NCBI GenBank assembly: GCA_036337435.1
Contig: JAYZEG010000063.1
Coordinates: 37,991-101,990, forward strand
Direction: 5' to 3'
Source: Myxococcota bacterium
GTDB taxonomy: Bacteria > Myxococcota_A > Bradymonadia > UBA7976 > UBA1532
Length of the DNA stretch: 64,000 nt
Shown here: positions 40,584 to 49,765 of the stretch, piece after piece
Position numbering within the stretch: the first letter of the stretch is position 1
How the letters are laid out: the number at the start of each line of letters is the position of its first letter
The notes under the pieces: generated by a model
Told to the model about the DNA's origin: nothing
Seen by the model: the letters and a program-made list of their open reading frames with translations, nothing else
Databases searched by the model: none
Translations under genes and position numbers: made by a program

Positions 40584-41438
40584 TTATTCTTCAGTAGCGG
40601 CCGGTGCATCCGGTGTCGCACTTGCCTCCGGAGTCGGCATCTCCATGCCAGCAGGCTTCAATGCGACCTCGGGCCCGTCACCCTCGATCGGTGCGACTGC
40701 GACACCAGCTGACTCAAAGTCACCCTCGGCTTGGGATCCGCTGTAGCGCTCATTGTGTTGGCGCTTACCGGCCAAGACAGCATCAGCGACTCGGCTCGCA
40801 AACAATTCGATGGCACGAATGGCGTCATCATTGCCTGGAACTGGGTAATCGATACCTGTTGGATCTGAGTTTGTATCAAGGATGCCGACGATCTTGATGC
40901 CGAGCTTTTTGGCTTCAGCCACAGCAAGATGTTCTTTGTTGGTGTCGACGATGAAAATCACGCCAGGCAGTGATTCCATGTTTTTGATACCACCAAGGTT
41001 TGCCTCGAGTTTTTCGCGTTCGCGAAACAGCTTCAGCGTTTCCTTCTTCGTCAGCGCATCAGCTGTTCCATCTGTCAGCATGCGATCAATTTTCTTGAGC
41101 CGCTCGATGGATTGCTTAATGGTGCGGAAGTTGGTGAGTGTACCACCCAACCAACGATGCGTAATGTTGTACATGCCGCAGCGAAGGGCTTGGGTTTTGA
41201 CAACCTCTTGCGCTTGCTTCTTCGTTCCGACGAACAACACTGATTCACCGCGCGAAACAGCAGCTGATACGAAGTTAAAAGCATCGTCGAACAGTGGCAC
41301 TGTTTTTTGTAAGTCGATGATATGAATTCCGTTACGAACGCCGTAGATGTATTCCTTCATCCGTGGGTTCCAACGAGCGGTTTGATGACCGAAATGAACA
41401 CCTGCTTCCAACAGGTCGCGAATCGAGACCGCAGCCAT
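40584..41438 (-). CDS. rpsB: 30S ribosomal protein S2
   Basis: [30 protein letters not shown]. Confidence 0.98.
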   Translation of the reverse strand: MAAVSIRDLLEAGVHFGHQTARWNPRMKEYIYGVRNGIHIIDLQKTVPLFDDAFNFVSAAVSRGESVLFVGTKKQAQEVVKTQALRCGMYNITHRWLGGTLTNFRTIKQSIERLKKIDRMLTDGTADALTKKETLKLFREREKLEANLGGIKNMESLPGVIFIVDTNKEHLAVAEAKKLGIKIVGILDTNSDPTGIDYPVPGNDDAIRAIELFASRVADAVLAGKRQHNERYSGSQAEGDFESAGVAVAPIEGDGPEVALKPAGMEMPTPEASATPDAPAATEE

Positions 41439-41557
41439 GGCGATTCTCCTTTCAAATTTTTAGCGTTAAACCACCGTGTCCATCACCGCTGAACCCCCGA
41501 TCTCAAATGAGAACACGCAGGGGACAGCTCCGTTCACGTGAGAAATAAGAGCGATGC

Positions 41558-41586
41558 CGTTTACCAAGCTGAGCAAATGATCGCAA
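41558..41586 (-). promoter_or_regulatory. Putative sigma70 promoter of rpsB-tsf-pyrH-frr, giving a leader of about 110 nt
   Basis: Minus strand TTGCGA-17 bp-TAAACG. Confidence 0.45.
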
Positions 41587-41610
41587 GAATAACCTGAAGC
41601 AACATGCAAA

Positions 41611-41639
41611 TTGACGTAAGAAATAAGCCAAAGTAGGCT
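41611..41639 (+). promoter_or_regulatory. Putative sigma70 promoter of gshA, divergent from rpsB
   Basis: TTGACG-17 bp-TAGGCT. Confidence 0.55.
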
Positions 41640-41667
41640 GCGTCAGCACCTTGGGTGGGAGTTCGCC

Positions 41668-42996
41668 TTGAGTTCACATGTTGCTACGGATAGTCGGCAG
41701 GTTCGCAGTCGGTCGGATCTCAAGTCTTACATTCTGGCCGGTTGCAAGCCTTCATCTCAATGGGTTATCGGGACCGAACATGAAAAGATCGGCTGGTGGC
41801 CAGATCGCAGAGCCTCCCCTGACTATTTTGATGACCGTGGGATCAGAACGGTGCTCGAGGCCTTTAAGCAATTTGGGTGGGTTGCAAACTCGGCCGACGA
41901 GACACTTCTCGCGTTGTCTCGAGGGCGGGCGACGATTACTTTGGAGCCTGGTGGACAGCTGGAATTGAGCGGCGCGCCCCTGGCGTCTCTGTTGGAAACA
42001 GCGTCTGAGTTTGATCAACATTTGGATGAACTTAAACAAATCAGTGAGGGACTTAACCTCCAGTGGAGTGGCATCGGTTTACACCCCTATGGCAAACCTC
42101 TAGACGCACCGAGAATGCCGAAACCGCGCTACGACATTTTAGAATCCCGATTATTGAATTCAGGTCAATTAGGCATTCACATGATGCGCCAGACGGCGAC
42201 GGTTCAGGCAAATTTTGATTTTGATTCCGAACAAGATGCGATGCGTAAATGGTATACATCGCTGATGCTACAACCGACCGTGATGGCCTTGTTTGCTAAC
42301 TCGCCAATCGTCGATGGTGTCGATGGGGACTATCTGTCTTATCGTTCAAGGATTTGGCTGGATACAGACGATTCACGCTGTCGGTTGCCCGACATTCTCC
42401 TTCGGCCAACGGCAACCCTCGCTGATTACGTGTCTTGGACAGTCCAAGTCCCGATGCTTTTTATCCATCGAGATGGACAGTATTTAGATTGTCGTGGGCG
42501 CACATTTCTTGAGTTTATGCAGCAGGGTTGGTCCGGTCATACTGCAAACATCGGCGATTACGCACTTCATCTATCAACCCTATTTCCTGATGTTCGCCTC
42601 AAACAGTTTCTTGAGGTGAGGGGGGCTGACATGGGTGACCGAGACTCAGTTTTGGCCTTACCCGCGTTTCATGCAGGTCTTCTCTATGATTCAAGCTCGC
42701 TTGACTACGTGATGGACTATTTTTCGGGAATGGACGAGGCGACTTGGAATGCCATTCGCGTCGCTGTGTGTCGCGATGGCCTCCGAACTCGAGTTGGGGA
42801 TTACGATGTTGGTGAGTTGGCTGAGCGACTCGTTGAGCAATCAATGGATGGTCTGAGCCGCTGGGAGCCTGCTGCCTGTGTCTTTCTCGAACCATTGCTG
42901 GACAGAGCAAAGCGGCGAATTTCCCCTGCCGATGACCTGCGTGACTCATTCAAACAGAGACCGGATGGCTTACTCGATGCGACGCGTTTAGTGTAG
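41668..42996 (+). CDS. gshA: Glutamate-cysteine ligase (GCS2, plant/alphaproteobacterial type)
   Basis: IGTEHEK, ITLEPGGQLELSGAP, MPKPRY, MMRQTATVQANFD, HLSTLFPDVRLKQFLEVRGAD. Confidence 0.92.
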   Translation: MSSHVATDSRQVRSRSDLKSYILAGCKPSSQWVIGTEHEKIGWWPDRRASPDYFDDRGIRTVLEAFKQFGWVANSADETLLALSRGRATITLEPGGQLELSGAPLASLLETASEFDQHLDELKQISEGLNLQWSGIGLHPYGKPLDAPRMPKPRYDILESRLLNSGQLGIHMMRQTATVQANFDFDSEQDAMRKWYTSLMLQPTVMALFANSPIVDGVDGDYLSYRSRIWLDTDDSRCRLPDILLRPTATLADYVSWTVQVPMLFIHRDGQYLDCRGRTFLEFMQQGWSGHTANIGDYALHLSTLFPDVRLKQFLEVRGADMGDRDSVLALPAFHAGLLYDSSSLDYVMDYFSGMDEATWNAIRVAVCRDGLRTRVGDYDVGELAERLVEQSMDGLSRWEPAACVFLEPLLDRAKRRISPADDLRDSFKQRPDGLLDATRLV

Positions 42997-43027
42997 GTGA
43001 CGACCGTGTGATGTGAGCATGGCTCAT

Positions 43028-43456
43028 CTACTCTGTCTCTTCACGGTCCAGTGTTTCCAATTCGTCCCAAAAATCGATGCCGTCCTCAAGTTGTCGAATC
43101 GGCCGTACTGCTTTATGAGCGGTTTGTGCTCCGGCGAGACGCGGCCCTTCGGGTGTCTCGTCTGACTCTAGACTGTCGACCGTCGTCGACTCGATGATGC
43201 CCGTTGGTGCCTCACCAGGATTTTCGAACAAGGCGTCCATAGCTGACCGGGTTGACCGATTGTTACGGCGCCGCTTGCGTGCTTCGGTATCCAGTTCGCT
43301 CCTTGATTCTTTAATCAACTCGTCCAGTGTCTCGATGGCTTTATCGACTGAGAGTTTCCGATGCTTGGCGCGCTGCACCTCTGCGACACCGGCTGCTTCG
43401 ACGAGGGCTTCTAACTGTGATTCAGGTGTATCTGGTTTGTCACCGTTCGCACTCAT
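43028..43456 (-). CDS. Acidic hypothetical protein
   Basis: 142-aa ORF; TAATG overlap with the upstream barrel gene. Confidence 0.6.
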   Translation of the reverse strand: MSANGDKPDTPESQLEALVEAAGVAEVQRAKHRKLSVDKAIETLDELIKESRSELDTEARKRRRNNRSTRSAMDALFENPGEAPTGIIESTTVDSLESDETPEGPRLAGAQTAHKAVRPIRQLEDGIDFWDELETLDREETE

Positions 43457-44904
43457 TAGAATCGATACCCTCCTTGGAAGCGTAGAACCATGAAATGGTC
43501 ATCAGCCGATTCACCGATTCGACCATCACGACCTGTGCCAGTAACTGTGCTACCAAAGGCAGTGTACTCGAAGCCGCCAGAAAGAATGAGACCAAAATCA
43601 AATCGACTTTCGAGACCCAAGTAAACTCGGTAGCCAAAGACCGTTGCAGCCCCCCCCAATTCTTGGACAGTGTCGCCCAAAGATCCATACGGAATGAGAC
43701 CAGCCCGGCCACTGAAGCCTAACAATTGAGTCCCGAAGGGCACAAAGCCGCTGATCCCAGTATCGAGATACGTATAGCTTGTTCCGGTATATTCCTGATT
43801 CTCAGAAAGTTCGAAGATCAAGTGCCCGAACCCCAAATAGCCGCCCAATTCACCTTTCGCACCGAAGCTGTGGGTGTAGGTCAGATAGCCGCCAAAATGG
43901 TCGTGGCGACTGTCGAGCAGAGTTGTCGTTTGACTCTGGTCTTGCTGGGTGACCGTTTGTTGCGTCCGAAAAAAAGCTTTCTCATAGAAGAGGCGAAGGC
44001 CGAGGCCTTTGGCTGCACCGCGCTGCCGACTGAATGGCTTGAAATGGGTTTCGATGGCAAAGCCTGGGACAAGGCCCAGCTGATAGTCGATACCGCCTCG
44101 GTTAAAGACCTGGGACTCAGGGCTCGCTGTGTACACGAAGTTGCGCCCCAGGCTCATCAAGCCGAGCCTAAATTCCCCAATCGGTTGACTGGATGCCGTT
44201 CTTGGCTGCTTTGCCATCACAGCATCATCGACCGGCAATTCATCGATTCGTCGACCCAACTCGCGCCCACGTCGAGTCCGCTGGCGTGCATCGCCTCGCC
44301 GCTGATTGCGACTCTCGAAACCGACGCGGGGGCGTCGATTGATTGGCGCGGGACGCCTTATGACCGATGGCTGCTGTTGGCCTAAGACGCGCTTGAGGTC
44401 GGGCAAAATCGCATCAGATGCCACCTGCCATACTTCTGTGTTCATTCGTCCATTGGGAACACGAATGACCTGTTCACCAACGTATCGACCTTCCAGGGCA
44501 GCGTAAACGGTCACAGTAACACGACTATCGGCGCCAGCCGGTTCAACCTGAACATAGATGGCCGCATCGATGTCGACGCGTTCGCAAACGCGCTCGAGGC
44601 TGGTTGCATCCTCCGGCAACATATCGATCACGCCGAGCGTCTGAGCTTCATCATTAAACTTACGGGAATTAATGACTCGGATTTCTGAGTGCGCTGATAA
44701 GGCCCGCTCGAATCTTTGCTGATTCCTTCGAACCCGGCTGATGCCGTCGATTCGACCGACAACAACATAGATTGGGTCGTTCATACTCGGTGCCATTGAA
44801 CGACTTTGAGCAGAGACCGCGCTGGGATCATTCAATAGACAGAATACAAGCAAGGCCTGCCCGATGAATCGATACGGACGCGGGCTGGAACAAAATGCAA
44901 TCAC
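43456..44904 (-). CDS. Outer-membrane protein: N-terminal alpha/beta domain, Arg-rich linker, C-terminal beta-barrel
   Basis: GGGAG RBS + GTG at 44904, signal-like stretch, amphipathic strands ending LRFQGGYRF. Confidence 0.7.
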   Translation of the reverse strand: MIAFCSSPRPYRFIGQALLVFCLLNDPSAVSAQSRSMAPSMNDPIYVVVGRIDGISRVRRNQQRFERALSAHSEIRVINSRKFNDEAQTLGVIDMLPEDATSLERVCERVDIDAAIYVQVEPAGADSRVTVTVYAALEGRYVGEQVIRVPNGRMNTEVWQVASDAILPDLKRVLGQQQPSVIRRPAPINRRPRVGFESRNQRRGDARQRTRRGRELGRRIDELPVDDAVMAKQPRTASSQPIGEFRLGLMSLGRNFVYTASPESQVFNRGGIDYQLGLVPGFAIETHFKPFSRQRGAAKGLGLRLFYEKAFFRTQQTVTQQDQSQTTTLLDSRHDHFGGYLTYTHSFGAKGELGGYLGFGHLIFELSENQEYTGTSYTYLDTGISGFVPFGTQLLGFSGRAGLIPYGSLGDTVQELGGAATVFGYRVYLGLESRFDFGLILSGGFEYTAFGSTVTGTGRDGRIGESADDHFMVLRFQGGYRF

Positions 44905-45091
44905 TCGGATCTCCCTGTACGATAGACCATAACTCGGCCGTTGCACACATCGCAAGTATCCAGGTGAAGCGTCCAGAAAGCCAATTAAAATCCTGAAAAA
45001 AAAGCGGAATTTATGCGGTCGAACGATTTAGGGAAACCGTTCGACTCAAGCTTGATAGACGGAGGGAATTTGGTGTCAGACAGGCGTTTGG

Positions 45092-46147
45092 TTAGGATTC
45101 TTCTGCGTCTTGAGCGGCGGTTGTGTTCCGCTGCGCAATGCCATGGTGGATTAAGACGCGGCGTTCAATTTCCTTCATCAGTTCAGGGTGCTCCCTCAGG
45201 AAGGTCTTCACATTTTCTCGACCTTGGCCAATGCGCTCTCCATCGAAGCTATACCAAGCACCCGACTTTTGTACGATGTCTGCCGCTGACCCAAGATCGA
45301 TCAATTCGCCAGCTTTACTGATGCCCTCACCGTACATAATGTCAAACTCAGCTTCTCGAAATGGCGGTGCCAGCTTGTTCTTCACGACCTTACATCGTGT
45401 TCTGTTGCCGAGAACACCATCCGAGCCCTTGATGGCTCCGATGCGCCTAATATCGATTCGCTGTGACGCATAGAACTTGAGCGCATTACCACCCGTCGTC
45501 GTTTCAGGACTTCCGAACATCACACCGATCTTCATTCGGATCTGGTTGATGAAAAAGACAACTGTACGGCTCCGGTTGATACTACCAGTCAGTTTTCTCA
45601 ATGCCTGTGACATGAGTCTCGCCTGAAGTCCAACATGCGTGTCGCCCATGTCACCTTCAAGCTCTGCCTTCGGGACTAAGGCTGCGACAGAATCGATCAC
45701 CAAGACATCGATGGCACCGGATCGAACCAGCATGTCTGCAATCTCAAGTGCTTGCTCGCCTGTGTCAGGTTGGCTGATCAACAATTCATCGGTCTTCGCA
45801 CCAAGCTTTCGTGCATACGACACGTCCAAAGCGTGCTCGGCATCGATAAAAGCGGCGACACCGCCCATCGCCTGGGCCTGTGCGACAGCGTGTAGTGTCA
45901 ATGTCGTCTTACCGCTCGATTCCGGACCGTATACTTCGATGATACGGCCTCTTGGATATCCACCAATCCCGAGTGCGATGTCCAGTGTCGTACTGCCTGT
46001 TGGAACGACAGGCACATCGCCAACGAGTGTCTCACCCTCACCAAGACGCATGATGGCGCCTTTGCCAAATTGCTTTTCGATTGCACCCAAAGCGAGTGAG
46101 ATTGCTCGTTCGCGGTCTTGTTGGTTATTTTCACGTCGTTTGGCCAT
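45092..46147 (-). CDS. recA: Recombinase A
   Basis: [47 protein letters not shown]. Confidence 0.99.
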   Translation of the reverse strand: MAKRRENNQQDRERAISLALGAIEKQFGKGAIMRLGEGETLVGDVPVVPTGSTTLDIALGIGGYPRGRIIEVYGPESSGKTTLTLHAVAQAQAMGGVAAFIDAEHALDVSYARKLGAKTDELLISQPDTGEQALEIADMLVRSGAIDVLVIDSVAALVPKAELEGDMGDTHVGLQARLMSQALRKLTGSINRSRTVVFFINQIRMKIGVMFGSPETTTGGNALKFYASQRIDIRRIGAIKGSDGVLGNRTRCKVVKNKLAPPFREAEFDIMYGEGISKAGELIDLGSAADIVQKSGAWYSFDGERIGQGRENVKTFLREHPELMKEIERRVLIHHGIAQRNTTAAQDAEES

Positions 46148-46180
46148 TTGCTGGATTACCCCTGGTTGAAAATCTAAGAA

Positions 46181-46196
46181 GAGAACGTCTGTTCAG
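46181..46196. promoter_or_regulatory. Putative LexA (SOS) box 1 upstream of recA
   Basis: GAGAAC-GTCT-GTTCAG with a perfect GAAC-N4-GTTC core. Confidence 0.7.
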
Positions 46197-46200
46197 TGGC

Positions 46201-46229
46201 ACTATAATCGCACACTGAACGTAGGTCCA
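46201..46229 (-). promoter_or_regulatory. Putative recA sigma70 promoter
   Basis: Minus strand TGGACC-17 bp-TATAGT; SOS box 2 overlaps the -35 and box 1 lies just downstream of the -10. Confidence 0.6.
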
Positions 46230-46230
46230 G
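46215..46230. promoter_or_regulatory. Putative LexA (SOS) box 2 upstream of recA
   Basis: CTGAAC-GTAG-GTCCAG, one mismatch from the palindrome CTGAAC-N4-GTTCAG. Confidence 0.7.
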
Positions 46231-46331
46231 TATTATTATGTGTTGGGCTCGGATTTCCTCAGTTCTTGCTATTTGTCGTCCATTCCGCCCAAAACCATAG
46301 GGGGTCATAGACGACAGATCGGCCTGCGAGA

Positions 46332-47105
46332 TCAAGGACTTTCGCGATTTTCGTTTGCTGTAACGGGGTCGTCGCCATCGTCTGCATCGACATCCGTAGT
46401 CAGGTCATCGACGCGGGTCCGAACACGTCGCGATCGAAAGTTAGTCGTTCTTTGACTCAACTTTTCCTCGAGTTGCTTCCGCAACACGTCGATGTCGCTG
46501 ACGGGGGACTGTCGCTCAGGATTCGAACCGGAGCCTCCGATGGGTCGATACCACAAATTTCGAATTGAAAATTTATCAAAACGCTCTTGTTCCACGAACA
46601 GTCCGATGGTCTTCACCTCGAATGTGCTGGTCGGTGGGGTGGTTGGAAGTGTGATTTCGGGCCCAGTTCCTTGTACACGGACAAGGGGTATGGTTGGCAC
46701 GAAGTGTCCGTCACGGACTGGAAAGCCGAAATCGCTCAGAGGTCGGCACAGTGCAGCTCGAAGCTGACTGATTTGATCTGCGCCTTCTTTGATTTTCGCG
46801 CTTAAGAGTGTCGGTGCACTGAGGTCAGGCCAAGCCTCAAGACCATCGATTTCTAGTGAAAAAGGGGCCATTTTGCTGATCACCCGGTCGATGGCCAGTT
46901 GAGCCGCTTCCAGGGCTTCTATGTAGGGATAGCCAAGGTCAAAGAGTGGAATTGTAAATAGACGCCTCGGAATCGACTGGACGGTTCTCTCTTCGCTTCG
47001 TGCTGCACTAAAGAGAGCACGTTGGGTGCGCGACAGCACTTCGGATACACGCCCACCGACGGCGATGGCGACAAACGCACGGCGCTGAAGATGTTCGTCA
47101 AGCAT
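46332..47105 (-). CDS. 2H phosphoesterase (ThpR/LigT)-like protein lacking both HxT motifs, with C-terminal extension
   Basis: RAFVAI start, PFSLEIDGLEAWP, position between cinA and recA; motif sites read LFTIPL and VPTIPL. Confidence 0.7.
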   Translation of the reverse strand: MLDEHLQRRAFVAIAVGGRVSEVLSRTQRALFSAARSEERTVQSIPRRLFTIPLFDLGYPYIEALEAAQLAIDRVISKMAPFSLEIDGLEAWPDLSAPTLLSAKIKEGADQISQLRAALCRPLSDFGFPVRDGHFVPTIPLVRVQGTGPEITLPTTPPTSTFEVKTIGLFVEQERFDKFSIRNLWYRPIGGSGSNPERQSPVSDIDVLRKQLEEKLSQRTTNFRSRRVRTRVDDLTTDVDADDGDDPVTANENRESP

Positions 47106-48315
47106 ACTCTCTCCTTAATCGATCAAGAGCAAAACCGACAGCACGTCGTCTGACTTGCTCCCGGTCGCCTCGAAATCGGACACGTGTCGTCTCCGCTAGA
47201 TCCGGACCATACCAGCCAAAGCAGACAGTGCCTACGGGCTTTTCAATCGAGCCACCACCCGGACCAGCAATGCCCGTAACTGAAAGCGCAACATCGGTGC
47301 CCAGAGCCTCGCTGGCACCTTTTGCCATTTGTGCAGCGACGACCTCACTCACCGCACCATGCTCAATGAGATCCATCTCCGTTACACCGAGCTGTCCAGA
47401 TTTAACGCTGTTACTATAGCTGACGATGGACCCCATATAAACCGCTGATGCGCCGGGAACTGAGGTTAATTCAGCACCGATTAGACCTCCCGTACAGCTT
47501 TCAGCTGTCCCGATTGTCAAGCCTCTCGATTCGAGGCGGGCTACGAGGGCATGTGCCAAGCTCATTTCGTCAAACCCAATGAACGTATGAGTGAGGGCGC
47601 TCTGAATCTTGGCGATGGCTTCGCTGAGATCATCAACGTTGAGAGAACGCAGGCGCAAATGATTTTCTGGTGAGGCCGTGCGATATGAGATGATCAGAGA
47701 CGACGGCAACTTGAGTTCAGTAATTTTTGCGGCCAACCTGGATTCACCAATACCTGTAAATCGGAGCGTTCGTTTATGCCAATTGGGTATACCCAACTCG
47801 TCGAGATATTGAGTCAGATAGGTCTTGCAATGCCATTTCATTTCCATCGGGACGCCCGGGAGTACATACAGCGTGCAGCCCGACACATCGGTTCGAGTGG
47901 CTGGGGCTGTACCCACCTCGGATACGAGTGTCGATCCGCGCTTCAGTACGTATGCTTGCTTTCGATTATTCTCCGGTACAGGCCTTCCTGCATATCGAGT
48001 TAGGATCTGGTCCCAGACTCGTTTATCAAAAATTAACTCGTCCTGTGTCACAGTCGCAACGGCGTCAAGGGTCAAGTCATCATCGGTTGGTCCGAGCCCG
48101 CCTGTGCATATGCATAGGTCGGCACGACCGATAATTTGTTTAAGTGCAGCGGTAATGGCCCCTTTATCGTCGGGGACCGTTGTTCGTCTTTGCACGCGCA
48201 AACCTTTGCCGTTGAGAAACGCGCCAAGCCATGCTGAGTTTTCATCGATGACCGTCCCATCTAGGATTTCATCCCCGATGATCAGTAGTTCGACATGCAT
48301 CGTGTTGTCCTCCAT
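47098..48315 (-). CDS. cinA: CinA family protein (MocF-like domain + PncC NMN deamidase)
   Basis: IGDEILDG, TGGLGPTDDD, LPGVPME, AESCTGG, GAVSE, TGIAGPGGG. Confidence 0.95.
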   Translation of the reverse strand: MEDNTMHVELLIIGDEILDGTVIDENSAWLGAFLNGKGLRVQRRTTVPDDKGAITAALKQIIGRADLCICTGGLGPTDDDLTLDAVATVTQDELIFDKRVWDQILTRYAGRPVPENNRKQAYVLKRGSTLVSEVGTAPATRTDVSGCTLYVLPGVPMEMKWHCKTYLTQYLDELGIPNWHKRTLRFTGIGESRLAAKITELKLPSSLIISYRTASPENHLRLRSLNVDDLSEAIAKIQSALTHTFIGFDEMSLAHALVARLESRGLTIGTAESCTGGLIGAELTSVPGASAVYMGSIVSYSNSVKSGQLGVTEMDLIEHGAVSEVVAAQMAKGASEALGTDVALSVTGIAGPGGGSIEKPVGTVCFGWYGPDLAETTRVRFRGDREQVRRRAVGFALDRLRREYA

Positions 48316-48472
48316 AGTTGGTATAAATACGGTTTTGGTGATAATGGCTCTGCGATAGTCGGTCTCGAGTACGCGTCGGAAGCATAGTCGGATGTGCGTT
48401 CATCGTCGAGGGGGATGCGCCGGCTTTACATTCGGGTTAATCTATACCGACGAGCGGCTAGGAGAAAATGCA

Positions 48473-49747
48473 ATGAGTCAATCTGATGATGACCTAAACA
48501 ATGGCTCACCTGACATGGGCGATTGGGCTGCGATCAATACCGTGCAATCAGCGGACAAAAAGCAAGCCGACGCAGCGTTATCGGCTCCGACTCCGCCCAC
48601 CTATTCGATTCCGCAAGAGGTACAGTCCATCGACTTTACGCCAAAAGGGTATCGCAGCTATACAGGGTTAGGTGTTCTCGGTTTGGTGGTTTTAATCGGT
48701 GGAGGTCTCTATTACGGCTATGAGATGTACCCGACGCAGGCATTGGAAAACCAAAAGCCGGTCTTCTTAACGTCGAGTCAAAAACCAGACCGTGCCTTGG
48801 ACGCAAAGCCGCGTAATGTGGTTGAACGCACCATTGAGTTTTCAACGCAGCCACCGGGGGCTCGAGTGATATTGAATGGAAACCCACTCTCAGAGTTGAC
48901 GCCTACCCAGGCCAATGTGGCATCGGACATCGGGGGACAAGTCAGGTTCTCCCTTCCTGGATATGCCGATTCATTCAAGTCGTTCCGTGACACCGATACA
49001 AAAATCAATATGTCGCTCAAGCAGGCTGAACATAAAGCACTTCAACTTAATGTGGAGAGTCGCCCATTGGGCGCACGTGTCTCAGTAGACGGCGTTCCCC
49101 TTGGCGAGAGCCCGCTCAAGACCAAGATTGAACGCCACGCACAAATTGCCCTCAAATTGCATTCCAAAGGTCACTATCCACATGTCATCATCATGCCGGT
49201 CGGGGATCGTGAATCGGTCAATATTGGGGAGACCTTGTTAGCGGGTGTTACGCCACGGACTCAGGGGACAATTCGTGTTGTAACACAACCCGAAAATGCG
49301 ATGATCGAGCGGAAGAACCGAGAGGGTTTATGGCTTAAAGCGGGGCGCAGCGGATTTGACGGGATCAAACTCGCCCAAAATATCGGTATGCCGATTTCAT
49401 TCAGGGCGAGTGCAGAGGGCTATCAAACCAAGGTCTTTACTCTCGATGTCGTGCACCCTTTCTATACGGTCAATTTAGCCCTGACCGAAACTCAAGTTGA
49501 GCGAGGAGATCTACAACTCAACGGGGGGAAGAAACTGCTGGTGTTCTTGGATAGTGAAGAGCTGGATTCGTTGCCACAATTGGCAAAGCAAAGGAAGGCG
49601 GGCCTGCACAACTTAGTCGTGGTGGATCCGAAGACCCGTAAGCGCCTTAGAACGAAGGTGGCTGTGATTGCGAATCAGACGACGACGTATCAATTGAACA
49701 GCGATGCTGCGGGTATCACAATCCAGAAACAACCAACCCAAAAATGA
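48473..49747 (+). CDS. Membrane-anchored PEGA-domain protein
   Basis: TM helix followed by repeats STQPPGARVILNG, ESRPLGARVSVDG, TQPENA; AGGAG upstream. Confidence 0.85.
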   Translation: MSQSDDDLNNGSPDMGDWAAINTVQSADKKQADAALSAPTPPTYSIPQEVQSIDFTPKGYRSYTGLGVLGLVVLIGGGLYYGYEMYPTQALENQKPVFLTSSQKPDRALDAKPRNVVERTIEFSTQPPGARVILNGNPLSELTPTQANVASDIGGQVRFSLPGYADSFKSFRDTDTKINMSLKQAEHKALQLNVESRPLGARVSVDGVPLGESPLKTKIERHAQIALKLHSKGHYPHVIIMPVGDRESVNIGETLLAGVTPRTQGTIRVVTQPENAMIERKNREGLWLKAGRSGFDGIKLAQNIGMPISFRASAEGYQTKVFTLDVVHPFYTVNLALTETQVERGDLQLNGGKKLLVFLDSEELDSLPQLAKQRKAGLHNLVVVDPKTRKRLRTKVAVIANQTTTYQLNSDAAGITIQKQPTQK

Positions 49748-49765
49748 CAACGGACAGTGTCGGGT

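Noticed and set aside
45639..46169. 176-aa antisense ORF over recA
   Set aside because: Typical antisense shadow of a conserved gene
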